Shown here: positions 14,011 to 28,000 of the stretch, one piece after another
How positions within the stretch are numbered: the first letter of the stretch is position 1
How the letters are laid out: the number at the start of each line of letters is the position of its first letter
Assembly (NCBI RefSeq): GCF_036321535.1
Contig: NC_087437.1
Location: 76,200,001-76,264,000, forward strand
Source of the DNA: Camelus dromedarius
Taxonomy: Eukaryota
Reading direction: 5' to 3'
Length of the DNA: 64,000 bases
The notes under the pieces: model-generated
The model's database searches: none
The model's input: only the letters and a program-made list of their open reading frames with translations
Told to the model about the DNA's origin: nothing
Made by a program: the position numbers and the translations under genes

Positions 14011-15234
14011 GAGAGGGACTACTTCAAAACTGAAGGTGAGGGGGAACTCTGTCTCATTATTCTTGTGACTTTTATTTTGCATACCCCATTTTAAAGGAAA
14101 AGCAAAGTAAAGAAAAGAAAGTTCAGAGCTTCTAACCCCTTCCATCGTTATATGCCTTCTTCAATAAACACATACTCCGGCTTTTCTTCAAATTGCAATT
14201 CAACAAATTTCTTCTTTTGCCAGTAATACTACACCATGTCCCAGAGTTGGTATAAATATTCAAAATCAAATTATAAAAATTAAGTTGAAGCAAAAGAAAC
14301 GTATAGAAATATTCTAAATAAGTTGTTTTTGTGTTAGACCTTACATCTGTTAAATAAAAATGGTTTCTGGAGCCCTAATGCAATCAATCTCTTATCATTC
14401 TCCCACAGTACAATAATTAGTAAGCCTCTTTACTCTTGGGGAACTTTGAGATAAGATTCTAACAAATAAAACTTTTCTACTATGTAAAATATTAATTGAA
14501 TAATTGATCCTGTCGCAATTTTTGGATAGAAGTATCTTCTCTTGGATAGTTGGCAGCAGTGTGATACTGAATCCTCTAACTGGCCTGTGAAACGTTCCTT
14601 TCCTACAGAGTGCCAAGTTAAAATGCCTTTTAAATTTAAAAAGAAAAAAACTTTAGCACTTGCCATCACGTGTTTGAAAACACCAGTTGATATCACGTTA
14701 GAATATGAATGTGTTCCAAAAATGGGTGTAGCTCAGATATCTAGGTATCAATTCACATTTTCCAATTAATTTTCATTATAATTTCAGAAATATGTCTCAC
14801 AGGAAAAAAATGGCCCCGATACATAATCCAAATCTCACTTAAGAATCCTTAATATACACTTCAAAGCACATTTTTTGTCAGTGTGTGGTCTCTATGCATT
14901 TAATTTTCCATCACAAGCTGTAAAAAAGTGAAGTCAAATGGACAGTCCTTCCACATGATCTGAGAACACTTATTTAAATACACAGATAGATTTAAATACA
15001 CCACAAATTTAAGGCCCCTTTCACTGATATTTTATAGCCCATAGAGCATTAACAATTAAACAACCATATTGTGTATGCCACTGCTGTTCCAAATATTTAC
15101 AATAACTTATCAGGTTGAAAATAAGTAAAAGAAAAAAAATCTTAGTGTAAATAAGATAACTTCTGCTTTGCACAGCGGGCAGTTCTCAAGAGGAATGGTC
15201 AGAATACAGGGGTTTTGTCTCAGGGGAGCCACTG

Positions 15235-15420
15235 CAAACTCAGTGACCTGGGTCCATGCACTTGACAACGCTGAGCCTGCTTCTTCATCTGCAAAAATGG
15301 GATAAATGATACCCTACTATCTACTCACAACATAGTTACAAAGAGCAAATAAGATGTCAGAGAAATCACAACGTAAACTCTAGCTTCCAATAACAAATGT
15401 AAGCAATATATTACTATTGT
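15235..15420 (+). mobile_element. MIR
   Basis: CTGAGCCTGCTTCTTCATCTGCAAAAATGGGATAAATGATACC. Confidence 0.7.
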
Positions 15421-16719
15421 GCTTTAAGGGTGACAAACTTGCAGTAAAGAAAGATTTGACGACTTAACAAAAAGGATGAGAGCAAATAAGTTTTCAGCCT
15501 TTACTTGGAGACTCTGCTAAAGATGCAGAAAGTCTCTCAGAAGAAATTTTTATTCAGCTCTAGGAAGCTTGGGCAGACTAAGCTGTTTTTGTAAGGGCAA
15601 AGGGGAACTTGCTGTGCTTACTACAGACATCAGAAATGCAAATTAGAGCACAGTAATTTATTAATTGTGCAGATGTGAAACTGCTTTAAATAAACATGCC
15701 CTAAATGAGACTGAACTGTAGAGGGAGTAAGGGGGTACCTGTCTTGAGTGATGCGTCAGAGCCAAAGAGGGATGCCTTGGTCTGGCCAGCTTCTAAAGGA
15801 GAGAGCTAATGCCAATGGTTGCTTCTCAGGGGAAATGTTTGTTCTCCCCATCTCCGACACCACTCAATAAAATGCATGACAGGTTTATTTTAAGACCACA
15901 AAACCAGAATTTTACCACCTCTTAAAGAGGAAGTCTGAATAAGAAAATTCCAAAAACAGGAGGTGGAAATGCAAACTATTTGTTTTATTTATTTGTAAAT
16001 AAAATCAGCCCTAATTGTAATAGCATACATGAGGGTGATTCATGACGTATGCCAGCTTTAGTGACAAGGGAAGAAGGTAGAGGGCGAGAGCATACAAGAA
16101 ATAATTCTATCATAAACTCCATTTTCTTCATTGATAATGTGTTCATAAAAGTACGTTAATCACGACATTTAAATAAACAGCTAAGTATGATCTGGAAGCT
16201 GCGGTCACCAGAGCACCTCTGTGCCGGCAACATGACCAAGGCTTAAAAACATATCTGCATATGAGTTAATCCCAGAAACGTTGGCTTTGCTTCTCAACCA
16301 GGGCAGGATTCATTTACAGGCCTCTGATCTTTACGCTGATCCATCCTGTACACAGAGCCTCCTACACCCAGTACATAGTATAAAATAGAGCGATTCAACA
16401 AAAATTAATCAGACACCTACTATTCTATAGTCTAGGCAATGTGGGTACAAAGATGAGTAAAATCCAGATCTTATCGCTTAAAAAGGTCACAGTTTTTAAA
16501 GATCTGAGGTTACCAAAGTCATTTCTCTGAGATGTTCTTACTGACACTGTGACCCTCTCCCCACATTGCTACATTTTTTCTGCCTACTTATAGCTAGTCT
16601 ATCTCCATATGCTGTCTTGCTTTCAAGGACCTCCTGGAATTTACCTTTTCATGCCTGTGGATCTATGGCCTCTGCCAGATGCCTCATGCTGAGCTACACA
16701 ATGTCCACACCCCTATCTC

Positions 16720-16965
16720 AGTCAACTAATATTTACTGAGTCCCTACTATGTGGCAGGCACTTATACAGGCATGGGAGATACAGCAATAGACAAAAAGTG
16801 TCTCTATTCTTACCAGATCCCTCATGTTAAGCTAGACTCTTCCTCATCCCTACCAACCAGCCTAATTCGGTCCATTCGCTCTAAAGTATTTGCTGAGTTC
16901 CTACCACATTCTAAGGGCTGAGGATACAGCAGTGAGCAAAACAAAGTCCTTGATATCATGGAACT
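16720..16965 (-). mobile_element. Two adjacent L2 3'-end fragments
   Basis: ATTTTACTGAGTCCCTACTATGTGGCAGGCACT...GATACAGCAAT and TATTTGCTGAGTTCCTACC...GATACAGCAGTGAGCAAAACAAAGTCC. Confidence 0.7.
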
Positions 16966-16997
16966 TACCTAAATTTGTTGTGGCACAGCCCAGTTTT

Positions 16998-17250
16998 AGT
17001 CTATGGTCTCCAAAATGGGGTTCTAACCCCAAACAAGAACAAGACATGCCCACTAGAGTAAAAAGGAAACATAATTTTTCTTTACATTCAATTTATTTTA
17101 TCTCTAATAAGCTATTTATATTTTTGTTACATAAATAATATATTCATAGCTCAATATATGTAATTTATAAATAAATGTATAGATATCAAGGATACAGGCT
17201 CAAACTCTTTTACCGACGAGGATACAGCACTTTAAAAGTTCAAAGGCCTT
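16998..17250 (+). mobile_element. Charlie4-like hAT relic
   Basis: TGGTCTCCAAAATGGGG...TAATTTATAAATAAATGTATA...GCTCAAACTCTTTTACCGA. Confidence 0.65.
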
Positions 17251-20200
17251 TGGCTTGGATGACAACACAATTGGAGGGAACTGTTTGGCTGAGATGGGTT
17301 AGCCTGGGCTTTCTAGGTTCATCTACTCTCTGAGAGACTCAGGTAAGCATTTTGGCAAGGATACCTAAACATTAAGCTAAACAACCAAAGTTCATGTCCA
17401 TCCTTATTTCCCCCGCTGTCTCCTAACAACCATATATTCACCACCCCTGCAACCCAAAGATATTAAAGCATCTTCACTTTCTATTCCACATCTGGTATAT
17501 GTGTGTCATTACTATACTAGAAACATCCTGAAGCCAGAGCCATTACCGTTTTATTCTGCAGGCCCCAGAATTCCTAATCCAGCTTTACACATAATGGGCA
17601 CCTAATAAACACATGTCGCATCAAATAAAGACACTTCAATATATGGAACCCCGAATTACCAAACAGGTATGAAAGAGGCCAATCATTTGCTTTACCAAAG
17701 ATTACTTCTCTTCATAATGATTAGTACTGCATTCCTTCACAGAGTTCCCCTACATGTACTTTACAGATCACTGATTACTATTAGGACCTGGGAATGGTAA
17801 CATGTAAATCTGTAAAATCAGTATCCACTGCTAACTGAAGATCAATTAGAAATACATATGAAGCATTCTGAAATTATAATTTGCCAATAAGAATATATAG
17901 TTAGTTTTTAAAAACTAATCAAAACTTCAGGAAAACATCTTTAATAAAGGCAAGTACAAATCACCTTAATTTTTAAGACCTACACATTAGAACCTATGGT
18001 CATCTAACTGTATTTGAGATATATGTCAGGAATAATACATATGGTGACATTAAAAAAACCACACAGTAGAGAAATGAAATTCACCTGCTACAAACTGTTT
18101 CAAGATCGCAGTTCCTTATGCAGTAAACTCATCACTATGTGTGTGAGACCGAATCCTCACATGTGTAACTCTGCCCACTCAAGACCCATTCCCAAGACCT
18201 TTCAAGCTACAGAAAACTTTTGTATGGATTTACATTATTCATGCAGAGGCTATAAATAGAAAATTATTAAAATTATTTAAAAATATGGTCCTTACAACAA
18301 ACTTCAACACTCTCTCTGGGATGACTAAGAATGGAAAACACCAAATAAGATAAGAATGCATATCCATGTATAAAACTTATAAAGAAGTTCATTATTACCA
18401 TGAGAACTGGTAAATCAGATCTGAGTGGCTATACTTCCATGATACCGAACAGCCCCACGCCAGAGAACGGAAGAAAGACTCACAAATTATTATTCTGTGC
18501 ATCTCCGTTTCTTTGCTTCTTCAATGTAAACATTGGGATCATTATCAATGTTGTGAGCTTATGAAGAAATATTTTCCCAGATCAGCTTCTTCCTTATTAT
18601 TTCACTTATAAATGTATCTGTTTATTATTAAATTACCCAGGGTTGACATCTGGAACATTGTGCACAGTATTTTAGAAACAAAGTTTTAATCTAAACTGTG
18701 CTGATGTCCAGAAATGACCAGTCAAAAGAGGGCCACAAATAAAACTGGGTGAAAATGCATACATACTGAGGTGTGATAAACACAAATGTCATGATTTTAA
18801 AAAGCGATACTGAAGGTCTGACCAAGTCAAAGGGAAATCCAAAGACCAGAACCCAGACCACTAAATATAAAAGCTAACCAGGACCAAATCGTGGGGGCCC
18901 TCCAGGCCATGGCTTACTAAGCCACGAGAGAAAGCACAGCTGTAAATACAAGTTAAAAAACGCCCAGGAAAACCTGAAATCTGCTTGATGGAAGTACTGG
19001 GCATAATTTTTAATTTATAATCTCTCACAAATAAAAAAGTACATTTTCACCTCTTTAGAATCTCATGTTATGTTTAATAACTGGGCTTGAGATCTTATGA
19101 ATAATGTATGTACTTCTAACTAGTATAATTTATGTAAGTAAGAGGAAGTATTAGCCATACTAGTTTATAATATTTCCATTGGAATGTGTTTGGACATAGA
19201 GTTCAAACTTACTCTATTCAGTATGCTTTTAACATGATTTGGTATACACAGAATCCTCAAACACTTCCCTTTACTTCAAAAGTGTTGTCATTACAGATTG
19301 TGACATTACCAGCAATAAATAAAAAAGGAAAAATAAGAAGAAAGTCAAAAACACTTGAATGAAACTTAACTTTCTAATACAAATTAAAACATTCATCAAA
19401 AAAAAAAAAAAAAGTCAGGCCTTTCAAATAGACTAAAAGCCAAAAGAATGCACTAATATTTAACTAAAAGCCAAATTAGGGTTAAAAGCCTAATTTTTAA
19501 TATCCACTTCAGTGCTTGGGCCAAACTAGTTTACAACCTTAACGACAATTAGGACAAATACAGTGCCAACGGAAGAAGCCCCTTCCGTATTTCAGTGTCC
19601 AGCTCCTATGCTGGAATTTGCCAGTTGTAACTCAGTACCATTTTATGCCATTTCTGTTGGAACAATTAGCAGAGACTAACTTACACATTTACATCTACTG
19701 GACTTTTCCAGCCAGTAGAACACATCTGCTTTGAGAACAAGGGCTGTTACATATCCTCAAAGTTTAAATCAGCGTCAACACAGTATAGACACTCAATCCA
19801 TGAGCAGGGAATTAAATTGGTAATAGTTTTTGCTACTTGAATGTCATCTACACTTGACCAAATTATTTTATATGCAAAACATTCTTTGAACATGACCCAA
19901 GAAAACAAGTCAAAAGAAAGTTATCAGATGCCATAAAACTTACACAGTTTACCAACCCACTTGAAGGAGAACATTATGGAAGTGGTTTATTGCAGGGGGT
20001 GTAAGACAAGAAATGGAAGCCTGACACACTTTTGGTAAAGCATCATGAAGCTAGAACCGTGCAAAAGCACGCTTTTAACAAGATTATCATCCACAGAAGC
20101 TACTTTGCCAGAATAGAAAAATACTCTATTTCCATGTTTCATGGATCAGAGGAAAAGAAAAGCCATTTAAAAAGAAAGATAAACTTTTTTTATCTCCTGT

Positions 20201-21099
20201 ATCTGAATTAGGCTCTGACTCTGCTGAATTTGCAAAGATAAAAGAATTAAATTTTAGATGAAAAAGCAACATGTTACTTTGTATTTTCTAAATGATTTGC
20301 TACTTGTATACAAATGTGTAATTTATAAAATCTCTCCTACTTATTACAGCAGAAATAAGTTTCTTACCTAAAATAAATCAAAAGAACCCATAAACCACTT
20401 TGAAAACTGGTTAACTTTTGACTGGCTCTCTAATTCATGTTTGATCATCAGAAACTGAAATGAAGTCTATGAATCTGCTTATATTTTTATATTATTTTAT
20501 ATTTCCACTAATATTGAATTTCTTTTCAAAACAAATGTCAGAAAACTATTTTATAACACAATCCATGTTATACTGTTAAATTCCTTTTGTAAAATACACT
20601 CACTGATTAAGTATTAAAAAGTACCGGAGGAAAAAACATCATAGAATATTCAGTTAGGAAAACAACTCTTCATAAAGAAAGAATGAATGATTGCTACTGA
20701 TGTACCAGAGTAATTAATAAATAATAAAATCAGTAACTGTTGTTATTACACATTTCTATACTCGCTATACCAAACAGAAAGAAAGTTCACTAAGTAGCAA
20801 TTTATATACTAAGTTTGGGGCTGGTTTTGTCTTTGACTATGACCTCATAGATGAAAACTGACAACAGGCCCCAACTCAGAGACTTTTGCATCTACCTTGT
20901 CTTGAGATTGATAGCGAACAGTGTTCCAAGACCTATCACTTCAAAATGAAGACTATTTTTCTTTGGGGAGAAGAAAAATTGGAGGGAATTCTTGGCTAGA
21001 AGTTGCTTCAAACCTTTCATTTCTAACCTTCTGGAATGTGGTCCTAAAGGCAGGTAACTACAGATCGAGCCTAGGAGACGGTGGCATTGCAGACAGGCA

Positions 21100-21270
21100 T
21101 TCTTAGCCTGGCACAGTCACTTGCTAGCTGTGTGACCTCAGACAAATTACTTAACCTGAGACTTAGTTTCCTCATCATTAGCATTAAGGTTACCTCTCAT
21201 CAGAAAGTTGTTGTGAAAAATACACGAAGTAGTAAAAATAAAACCTGTACTTCACAAGGAGGCCCTCAGT
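21100..21270 (+). mobile_element. MIR
   Basis: CACTTGCTAGCTGTGTGACCTCAGACAAATTACTTAACCTGAGACTTAGTTTCCTCATC. Confidence 0.85.
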
Positions 21271-21289
21271 CCAAATCATCCTTCTCCTG

Positions 21290-21324
21290 AGGGGTACAGC
21301 TCAGTGGTAGAGCATCTGACTGCA
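21290..21324 (+). pseudogene. Tailless tRNA-Cys(GCA) 5'-half retropseudogene
   Basis: AGGGGTACAGCTCAGTGGTAGAGCATCTGACTGCA versus recalled tRNA-Cys GGGGGTATAGCTCAGTGGTAGAGCATTTGACTGCA (32/35). Stops at the anticodon; degenerate flanking direct repeats. Confidence 0.75.
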
Positions 21325-23009
21325 AATTATCTACCTCCCTCCCAAAGTGAAATACTATTTGGGCAACTCTTCTAAAAACTGCCTTCAATTTTCCCTTAAA
21401 TATAAATAAAACCATGTAATCATTCTACCACCTTAAAGAAATGACTAGATAAGGAATTTCTTTCCAATTTACTTTATAAAAGTGACAGGTGAATTTACTT
21501 CACACAGTCCTGCTAAATGCTCCTCGTAATCCCTTCCTGACAGTTACACTGTCGGGCTGTGTAAGTCTCAAATTCACATATCAACAACTTCATTATATGA
21601 GTAGTGATGAATACTAAAAGGACTCAAGAATTACAAACAAATCTATAAAATCAAATAACAGTAAATTTTTAAAAAGTTCAACCCCACATTCCCATCCTCA
21701 AACATTTCTAAGCAGTACTACAGACTCATGTTAGTGAATAAAATAATCAGCTGAGAGAAACAGAATAGACTGATACATAGATAAGTGGGGAAGGGAGAGA
21801 AGGAAGAGAAGAAAGAAAGAAGAAAGAGGAAAAAAACTAATAACTTCAGTAACTCAAAATATAATCCAAGTTTGACAGCTGAACGGAGAGAATTATTTTT
21901 TCGTTTTGTTCCATGCTCTACCACATTCCCTTTGCAGTCAATGAGAACTCTACACTTGCGTGAGTTTTGAGAGGTGCACAAGCTGAAAAGCTCAGCAGTT
22001 TTTAATTTTTAAAGAATCAGCATGGTTAATAAGACTTCGTCTGAATTAGTCAATCTGTAGCTTTCCTACACCAAAGGATGCAGTCGTATCAATAAATAAT
22101 AAAAGATGAAAAACTTTCTTTATCCGTTAACAGTTTCAACTTATACCAGATGAAACCTGATTTGTCTTACAGTAATGATAGATCAGACACAGCTACTACT
22201 TTATTCCTAGAATGTCACATAGATTCTTCCTCACATCATACTTTTCATTTTTCTATAGTGGTTTTATAGGAAAAGTACAGATGCAAGTTCTCAACTTAGC
22301 ATTTCAGCTAATTACTGAAAATAAAGATACCTAGAACCTCTATAAAACAATACAACCCAAAACACTCTCACCTGAGAGGAGACCAAATTTGCAGAAAACA
22401 CTTTCTATTTTTTCTTCTCTGAAAGAAGGAAAGAAATGTGCAAGAAACAAAATAAAAAAGGAAATACAACCCCTTCATGAAAGCTCTCCTAGAGTAAACC
22501 TAAAGAGTAATGAAAGTAGCCCAAATTTTGTTCACTATTATATAACAAATGTTCAACATGGTAGAAGTTCCAAACGTTATAGATATCAGTGTATTTGTTC
22601 CTTTAGTATAATTAACAACAACAAAAAAGGAATCACAAAGTCAAAGTGGATACATAAGGCTCAGCCAATGTGTGTGTGCATGTGTGTGTGTCTGTGTTTA
22701 AGCTCTCTTTACCCAGAACCGAGAACCCCTCCACCCTGCTCAATTTAGGAGGCACAAATGATATTAAGTACTACTATTTTGCTTACCTGACTTTATAAGC
22801 TCTGATACCTTCCACCTTTATATCTGAAGCCATAAGGTTTCAACAGACAGTCTGAGTTAATATAGGTTATCTTCCATAATTCATTCCCTTGCAATGAATT
22901 CAAAATGTTCAGATGATCAGTGATCAAAATTAGCAAAATGATTTTCATAGAGTAAAGGGTTAGGAGTAACAAAGAATTTTAATGTGTGGACTAAGGGAGT
23001 TAATACAAT

Positions 23010-23320
23010 AGGAGCACAATCCTTTATTTGAAAGCCTTAGGTCCAAGTGAGCTTCAGATTTTTGTGGGCTTTAAAAAGGTCAGACAGAGCATATAGCATG
23101 TTACGTAACACTCCTAGCTAGGTCTAGGATAGCACCTCATAAACGTATTACTATTTGTACAGCAAAATACGTGACTAGTCTAGGTGGGCTTTAAAACCAT
23201 TTTAAACAGGCCCTTGACAGTCTGAGTCAGGTTTTGCCACCGAGTTCTGATACCAACTTTTGGAGGAAAAAAAGCTTTCTGGTTTTTCAGAGATTTTTTA
23301 GATACAGGATTGTGACTGTA
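23010..23320. mobile_element. Ancient TcMar-Tigger-type MITE
   Basis: Inverted ends CACAATCCTTTAT / AGGATTGTGACTG; internal TTACGTAACACTCC...GGTCTAGGATAGCACC. Confidence 0.6.
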
Positions 23321-24496
23321 TATCCAACACTACTACACATTAAGGTACAAAGACAATTTCAATATGTAGACAGTTTATTCGTTTATTAGAGATTTTTTAA
23401 AGTATGGCAAATTAAAATTTAGCCAAATAGAAAGATGTTCCTGGCAAATATAACCCTAAAAATTAGGAAATGCTAAGTTATTTAACTTTAATGTATTCAA
23501 ATAAATTAAATGAAGGTTAAGACTACTTAAAAATAAATGTCTATGTTAGAGGCAATGAGTATTCAAGTAAGACAGACTGAAAACCCTGGTCCTTGCAGTC
23601 TTCTGCACTTTCTTTGCATTTAACCACATGTTGCATTTTCCTTGGCTTTTGATTTTTACATTGTTCAAGATTTCAGGGATTTGGTGTATTTCCCATTCAT
23701 CTTCTCCTTAGTTTGCCCCTCTTTTATTTAAGTGCCTATTTTGTGCAGTGCAATTTGTCATGCACTCCAGATGTAATGCTTCTCAATCTTCACGCCTTGA
23801 CATAAAGGTAAGTTTTAATTGGTTGTGAGGAGTGCCCCAAGTAATTAGTTATGAAAAGTTAATGTACCACAGTTTATAAAGGATTTTATGTCTATGTATG
23901 GGTGTATTCAAGGTTTTCATTGTAATACCACTCCTGCTTGTATTCTGATACACTTTCTTGATAGGGAAGAAGTGGCTTTATCACACTGTGAACTACCTAT
24001 AAAACCCGCTGCATAATTTATCTATGTCTATAACCAGGGAACTCATATAATGTCCCGTGTGTAAACATCAGTCGCATGTATCTTGGTAGAAGAAAGTTTA
24101 AAAATTGATGCTCTAAGACATTCCAAAATGCATCAAAGTCACCAGAGAGAATGCCCAATGCTGTCAACTAACCACTTTGAAATATGTGTCCTGTCCTGTG
24201 CTGTGTTGTCTTTTTAAAGAGGTGGGAGAATCATTGCCCAAAGCTGAAGGAGCACCATTCTTAAATGTGGCATGCCTCAGCTCTTCTTTTCTTTTTTCCT
24301 TCTGGTTATTCTTATTATTTCCTTCAGTAACAAATTGCTTGTCCAGCACCTCACATTCAATTCAAAATACACCAGTGTTTCATGATACCAGGGTTGAAAA
24401 TTACTTTAGAGGAAACAAAAATTAAAAGGCACAGCCTTGAGAAATTTCAAACTTAGTGGGAGTTGGGGTGAGGTGAGATATAACTATAAACACATA

Positions 24497-24720
24497 AACT
24501 ATTGAGTGCTGACTGTGGATAAGAGTCAACACAGACATTATTGTCTTGTGTAATTCTCATTCTGCTGCATGGTAACTATTAAGATGCCCTCTTGCACATA
24601 TGATAATGGAAGTTTATTCTGAAGTGACAGGCCCAGAGTCCCTCAGCTTGTAAGTGAGAGAGGCAGCAGGAGTGGAACCCAGGGCTCTTTCGCTGCAAAG
24701 TCTCTGCTACTTGTACTGTA
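24497..24720 (-). mobile_element. MIR
   Basis: TATTGAGTGCTGACTGTG...GCCCAGAGTCCCTCAGCTTGTAAGTG...GAACCCAGG. Confidence 0.6.
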
Positions 24721-24894
24721 TCTGCTACTACGGGACAACTACAGAGGGCGGTGAGAGCCCTCCAAGCATTGCAAACAGGCTAAGTAAAATACAGCCGTAG
24801 ATTCTTGAAGCCAGAAGAGACCTCAGCAGTTAATGAACACTAACCCCACATTCAGTATGTGACTCCCAATCTTTAGCCATCTGTTCTTTATACT

Positions 24895-25045
24895 AGAGTT
24901 GCTCAAAGTGTGTCAGAGGACCTCACACCTGCTTCAGAATCAGCTGCAACACTAGTTAAAATGCAGATTCCTGGGCCCTATCCCAGACACACTGAATCAG
25001 AATATGAAGATGGGGCCTCCATTTGCTGCAAGCACTCCAGACCGG
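24895..25045. mobile_element. MER5A/B
   Basis: GCTCAAAGTGTG...TAGTTAAAATGCAGATTCCTGGGCCCTATCCCAGACACACTGAATCAGAAT. Confidence 0.85.
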
Positions 25046-28000
25046 TGTTTTTTAATCTGTAAGTCATAAAATGAATTTAGTGAATGACACTGTACTTTTT
25101 TTTAATAAAATGGTTTGGAACAGATTAGATTTATAAAGATAGGAACAGAAAATATCAGAGGGCATTGCTCTTAGGACCATTTCAGGAAACTTTTGTTCCA
25201 GGTTTTGTATGTGAAAAGGGATATAAAAGCTATTTCTTACCATACATCTCAAAAACATTTGAGAAACACAGCTGCTTTAAACAACTTTTATCCGCATTCT
25301 CATTTGTCCTTTAAAGTAAGTTGTTGATCTTTTATTTAATTATTCCCTTTACAACACAAAACTTCTATGTCCTTTTCAGGATCACAGTTATTCCATTCCA
25401 GGAGTTTCTGTTTGATTTCCTGATCTTTTCACCCAAGGGCCATGTTTAACTATTGTTTTAATCAATCAATTATTCTACAATATTTTTCATTTTCCTAAGA
25501 TTTCATGAAATCCAACTCATTGTTACTGATTTTACTTTGTATTTTATACAACTTCTTCACTATCCAAAGTTATTTCACTGCCTATATCTTTGAACTGACT
25601 CACATATTTTAACTTATAAAGTTTATATTTTGGAAGGTGTGTCAATGCTTCATGGTCTATATTTAATCCTTTAAGTCTTTCATTCCCTTAGTCTTTCATT
25701 TTCTATTTATATATGGATAAATTTCTTTACTGGCTTGCCTTATTTTGCTTTTCCATTGTGTAATTGGTACTTATTTCAATTCTCACCTTATCTTTTTCTT
25801 TGAAAGAAAAAAAAATGATAACAATCTCCATTAATACATGAGGATTTTCTGAGTGTACCTTTACAGTTTTAAAATGATGTCCTGGCACTTCAAGGAACTG
25901 TAATTCCCTTATAAGGGATAACATGAACACATATGAATGTTGAGTGAAGCTGTACTCAGAAAGTGCTCTCCTCAGGTATGACTTAAAATACAGAAATCTC
26001 TACAATTCGACACAGTATGCAACGACTGCCCTTGAGGAAGTACAAACCCACAGACTGAAATACAGTCACAGAATCTTCAAGCTGGAAGAACATCCATTCA
26101 GTCTTTAGCCTTAGTCCCTACTACCTTCAAACCAGTGTTTCTCAAAGTGTAGCCTGAGGACCAAGAGCATCTGATTCACCTGGGACACGTGATAAAAATG
26201 AAGCAGTGAAATTACAATGTTTTTATAATTTGGGCTTATTTTCATTTCATATAGAGAGGAAGGAAGCTGACTAAAAATACAGGAGAGATACCACTCAGAC
26301 CTATTTTAAAAGGCCCCCTTGGTGGTAAAATGTTAAAAAACGAGGTGGGCTTCAAACTACAAGTTCAAGAAAAGTGTCTTCTTAAATTAAGCACCTGATT
26401 AAGTTTAATTTTTTTAAATATAGGGAAGCCATTGGTGGTGATGCAATATGCCAAAATTAATTGCTTATATTTAGTAATTTAGAACATTTGAACATCACAA
26501 TTTTAAACATTTCTGCACTCTTGTAAGAGACGAATAATTTTAGGGATTTCCTTTAGAACAGCAAAAACAGGCACTTCCATAATGAGGCTATTTTCAAAAA
26601 GTTTTTTTAATAGGGTTAAGCTGTGAAGTCTTTATTACTTCTATTAAAGATTTCTGATATTAAAGTAATTGATATTCATAGTAAGGTCCTATTAAAAATT
26701 CGGCCCTCACTTTACTCATGTGCATTATAAAATGTAGGAAAACATAAACTTTAAGTATGCAGGCTGATGATTAATAATTAGAAATTATGTTTGCAATTTT
26801 ACTAAAAATCATGGCTTATTAATACTTCAGCTGCTCAGTCAGATTTTCATGAGTTATTCCATATTATTTTAAGGCTGTTGGTTCCTTCTTTTACTAACTA
26901 CATACAAAAGCCTTATCAATTACATACTTACAGCACAAGCAAATCATAATTATATTTTCATTCTAGCTTTCACAAAGCTATATTCTAAATTCAATATCTA
27001 AACAAGCCTGTTTCAATGGATTAAGTATAAAGATCAGGTCTATAAGGTCAAACGTGGTAGACACTTCTCAAGTTGTATAGCAGAGCTACACATATATTAA
27101 AAGCAGAGCTATCTCATAAATTCTTAAACCTGGAACTTTTTTTCAATTTGGATATGAAAATCAAGATGAATTTAAAAAAAGAAAAGTGACAAAATTGCAA
27201 ATTTTTGTTAATATCTAAGTCTCAAGTGGAAGATTCTTCCTAAAACTGCCACAATATCTCCAAAGATGTACCACTAAGAAACAACATAGATGAACCCCCT
27301 TATCAAGTACTAGTGTTAGATGTGAAATGCAAGTTAACACTTCAGTTTCAGAACTTTAATAGAGATATGTAGAATAATAAAATAGGAAGTTTGAAAACTT
27401 GGCGATGTAGAAGCAAACTTTTACCCAAAATCTTATTTTGATAATTAAGCTTCAAATCTAATAAATACATTTTAGATGCAAATAACTGGTAATTCATTGT
27501 CAGAGACTTTTTAAAACCACTGCTGCAAGTTTCACAGTCTATAAAAACTACTCTGACTTCAAAGACCAAGACTTTTCTTGAAAATATTGTTTTAATGAAG
27601 CAGTTATTTGATATTTCAAAGAAATGCAAGAGCTCATCAGATCGCTTTTATTCTGTAAATTACTGATTCCCATTTCAAATTTTGAATTGGTCAAATATAT
27701 TTCCATGGGGAAAAAAACTAACATTAAAAGTTTGCTCCAGTGAACAAAATAATGTTCCTCACATGTATAAATGTAGTGTTCTTTAGCAATCAGGAATGCA
27801 TTTTGAATACTCTTGCCATATGTTCAAAAATGAAAAACTTCTCTTGCAAACAAGCATTAAAAAAAAAAATCAAAGACACAGAAATCTATATATTTTGATT
27901 TGCACTACATTCATCTTATAGACCCAGCTCATTCTGACCACTCCAACTGGCCTGTTACGCATTCAATGTATTAGGAAGCTCTCCTAACTATCTGAAATAA

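Noticed and set aside
22780..22800. Other AG|GTRAG motifs on the minus strand (~22786, ~16967, ~7066)
   Set aside because: No adequate polypyrimidine tract upstream; at most cryptic donors.
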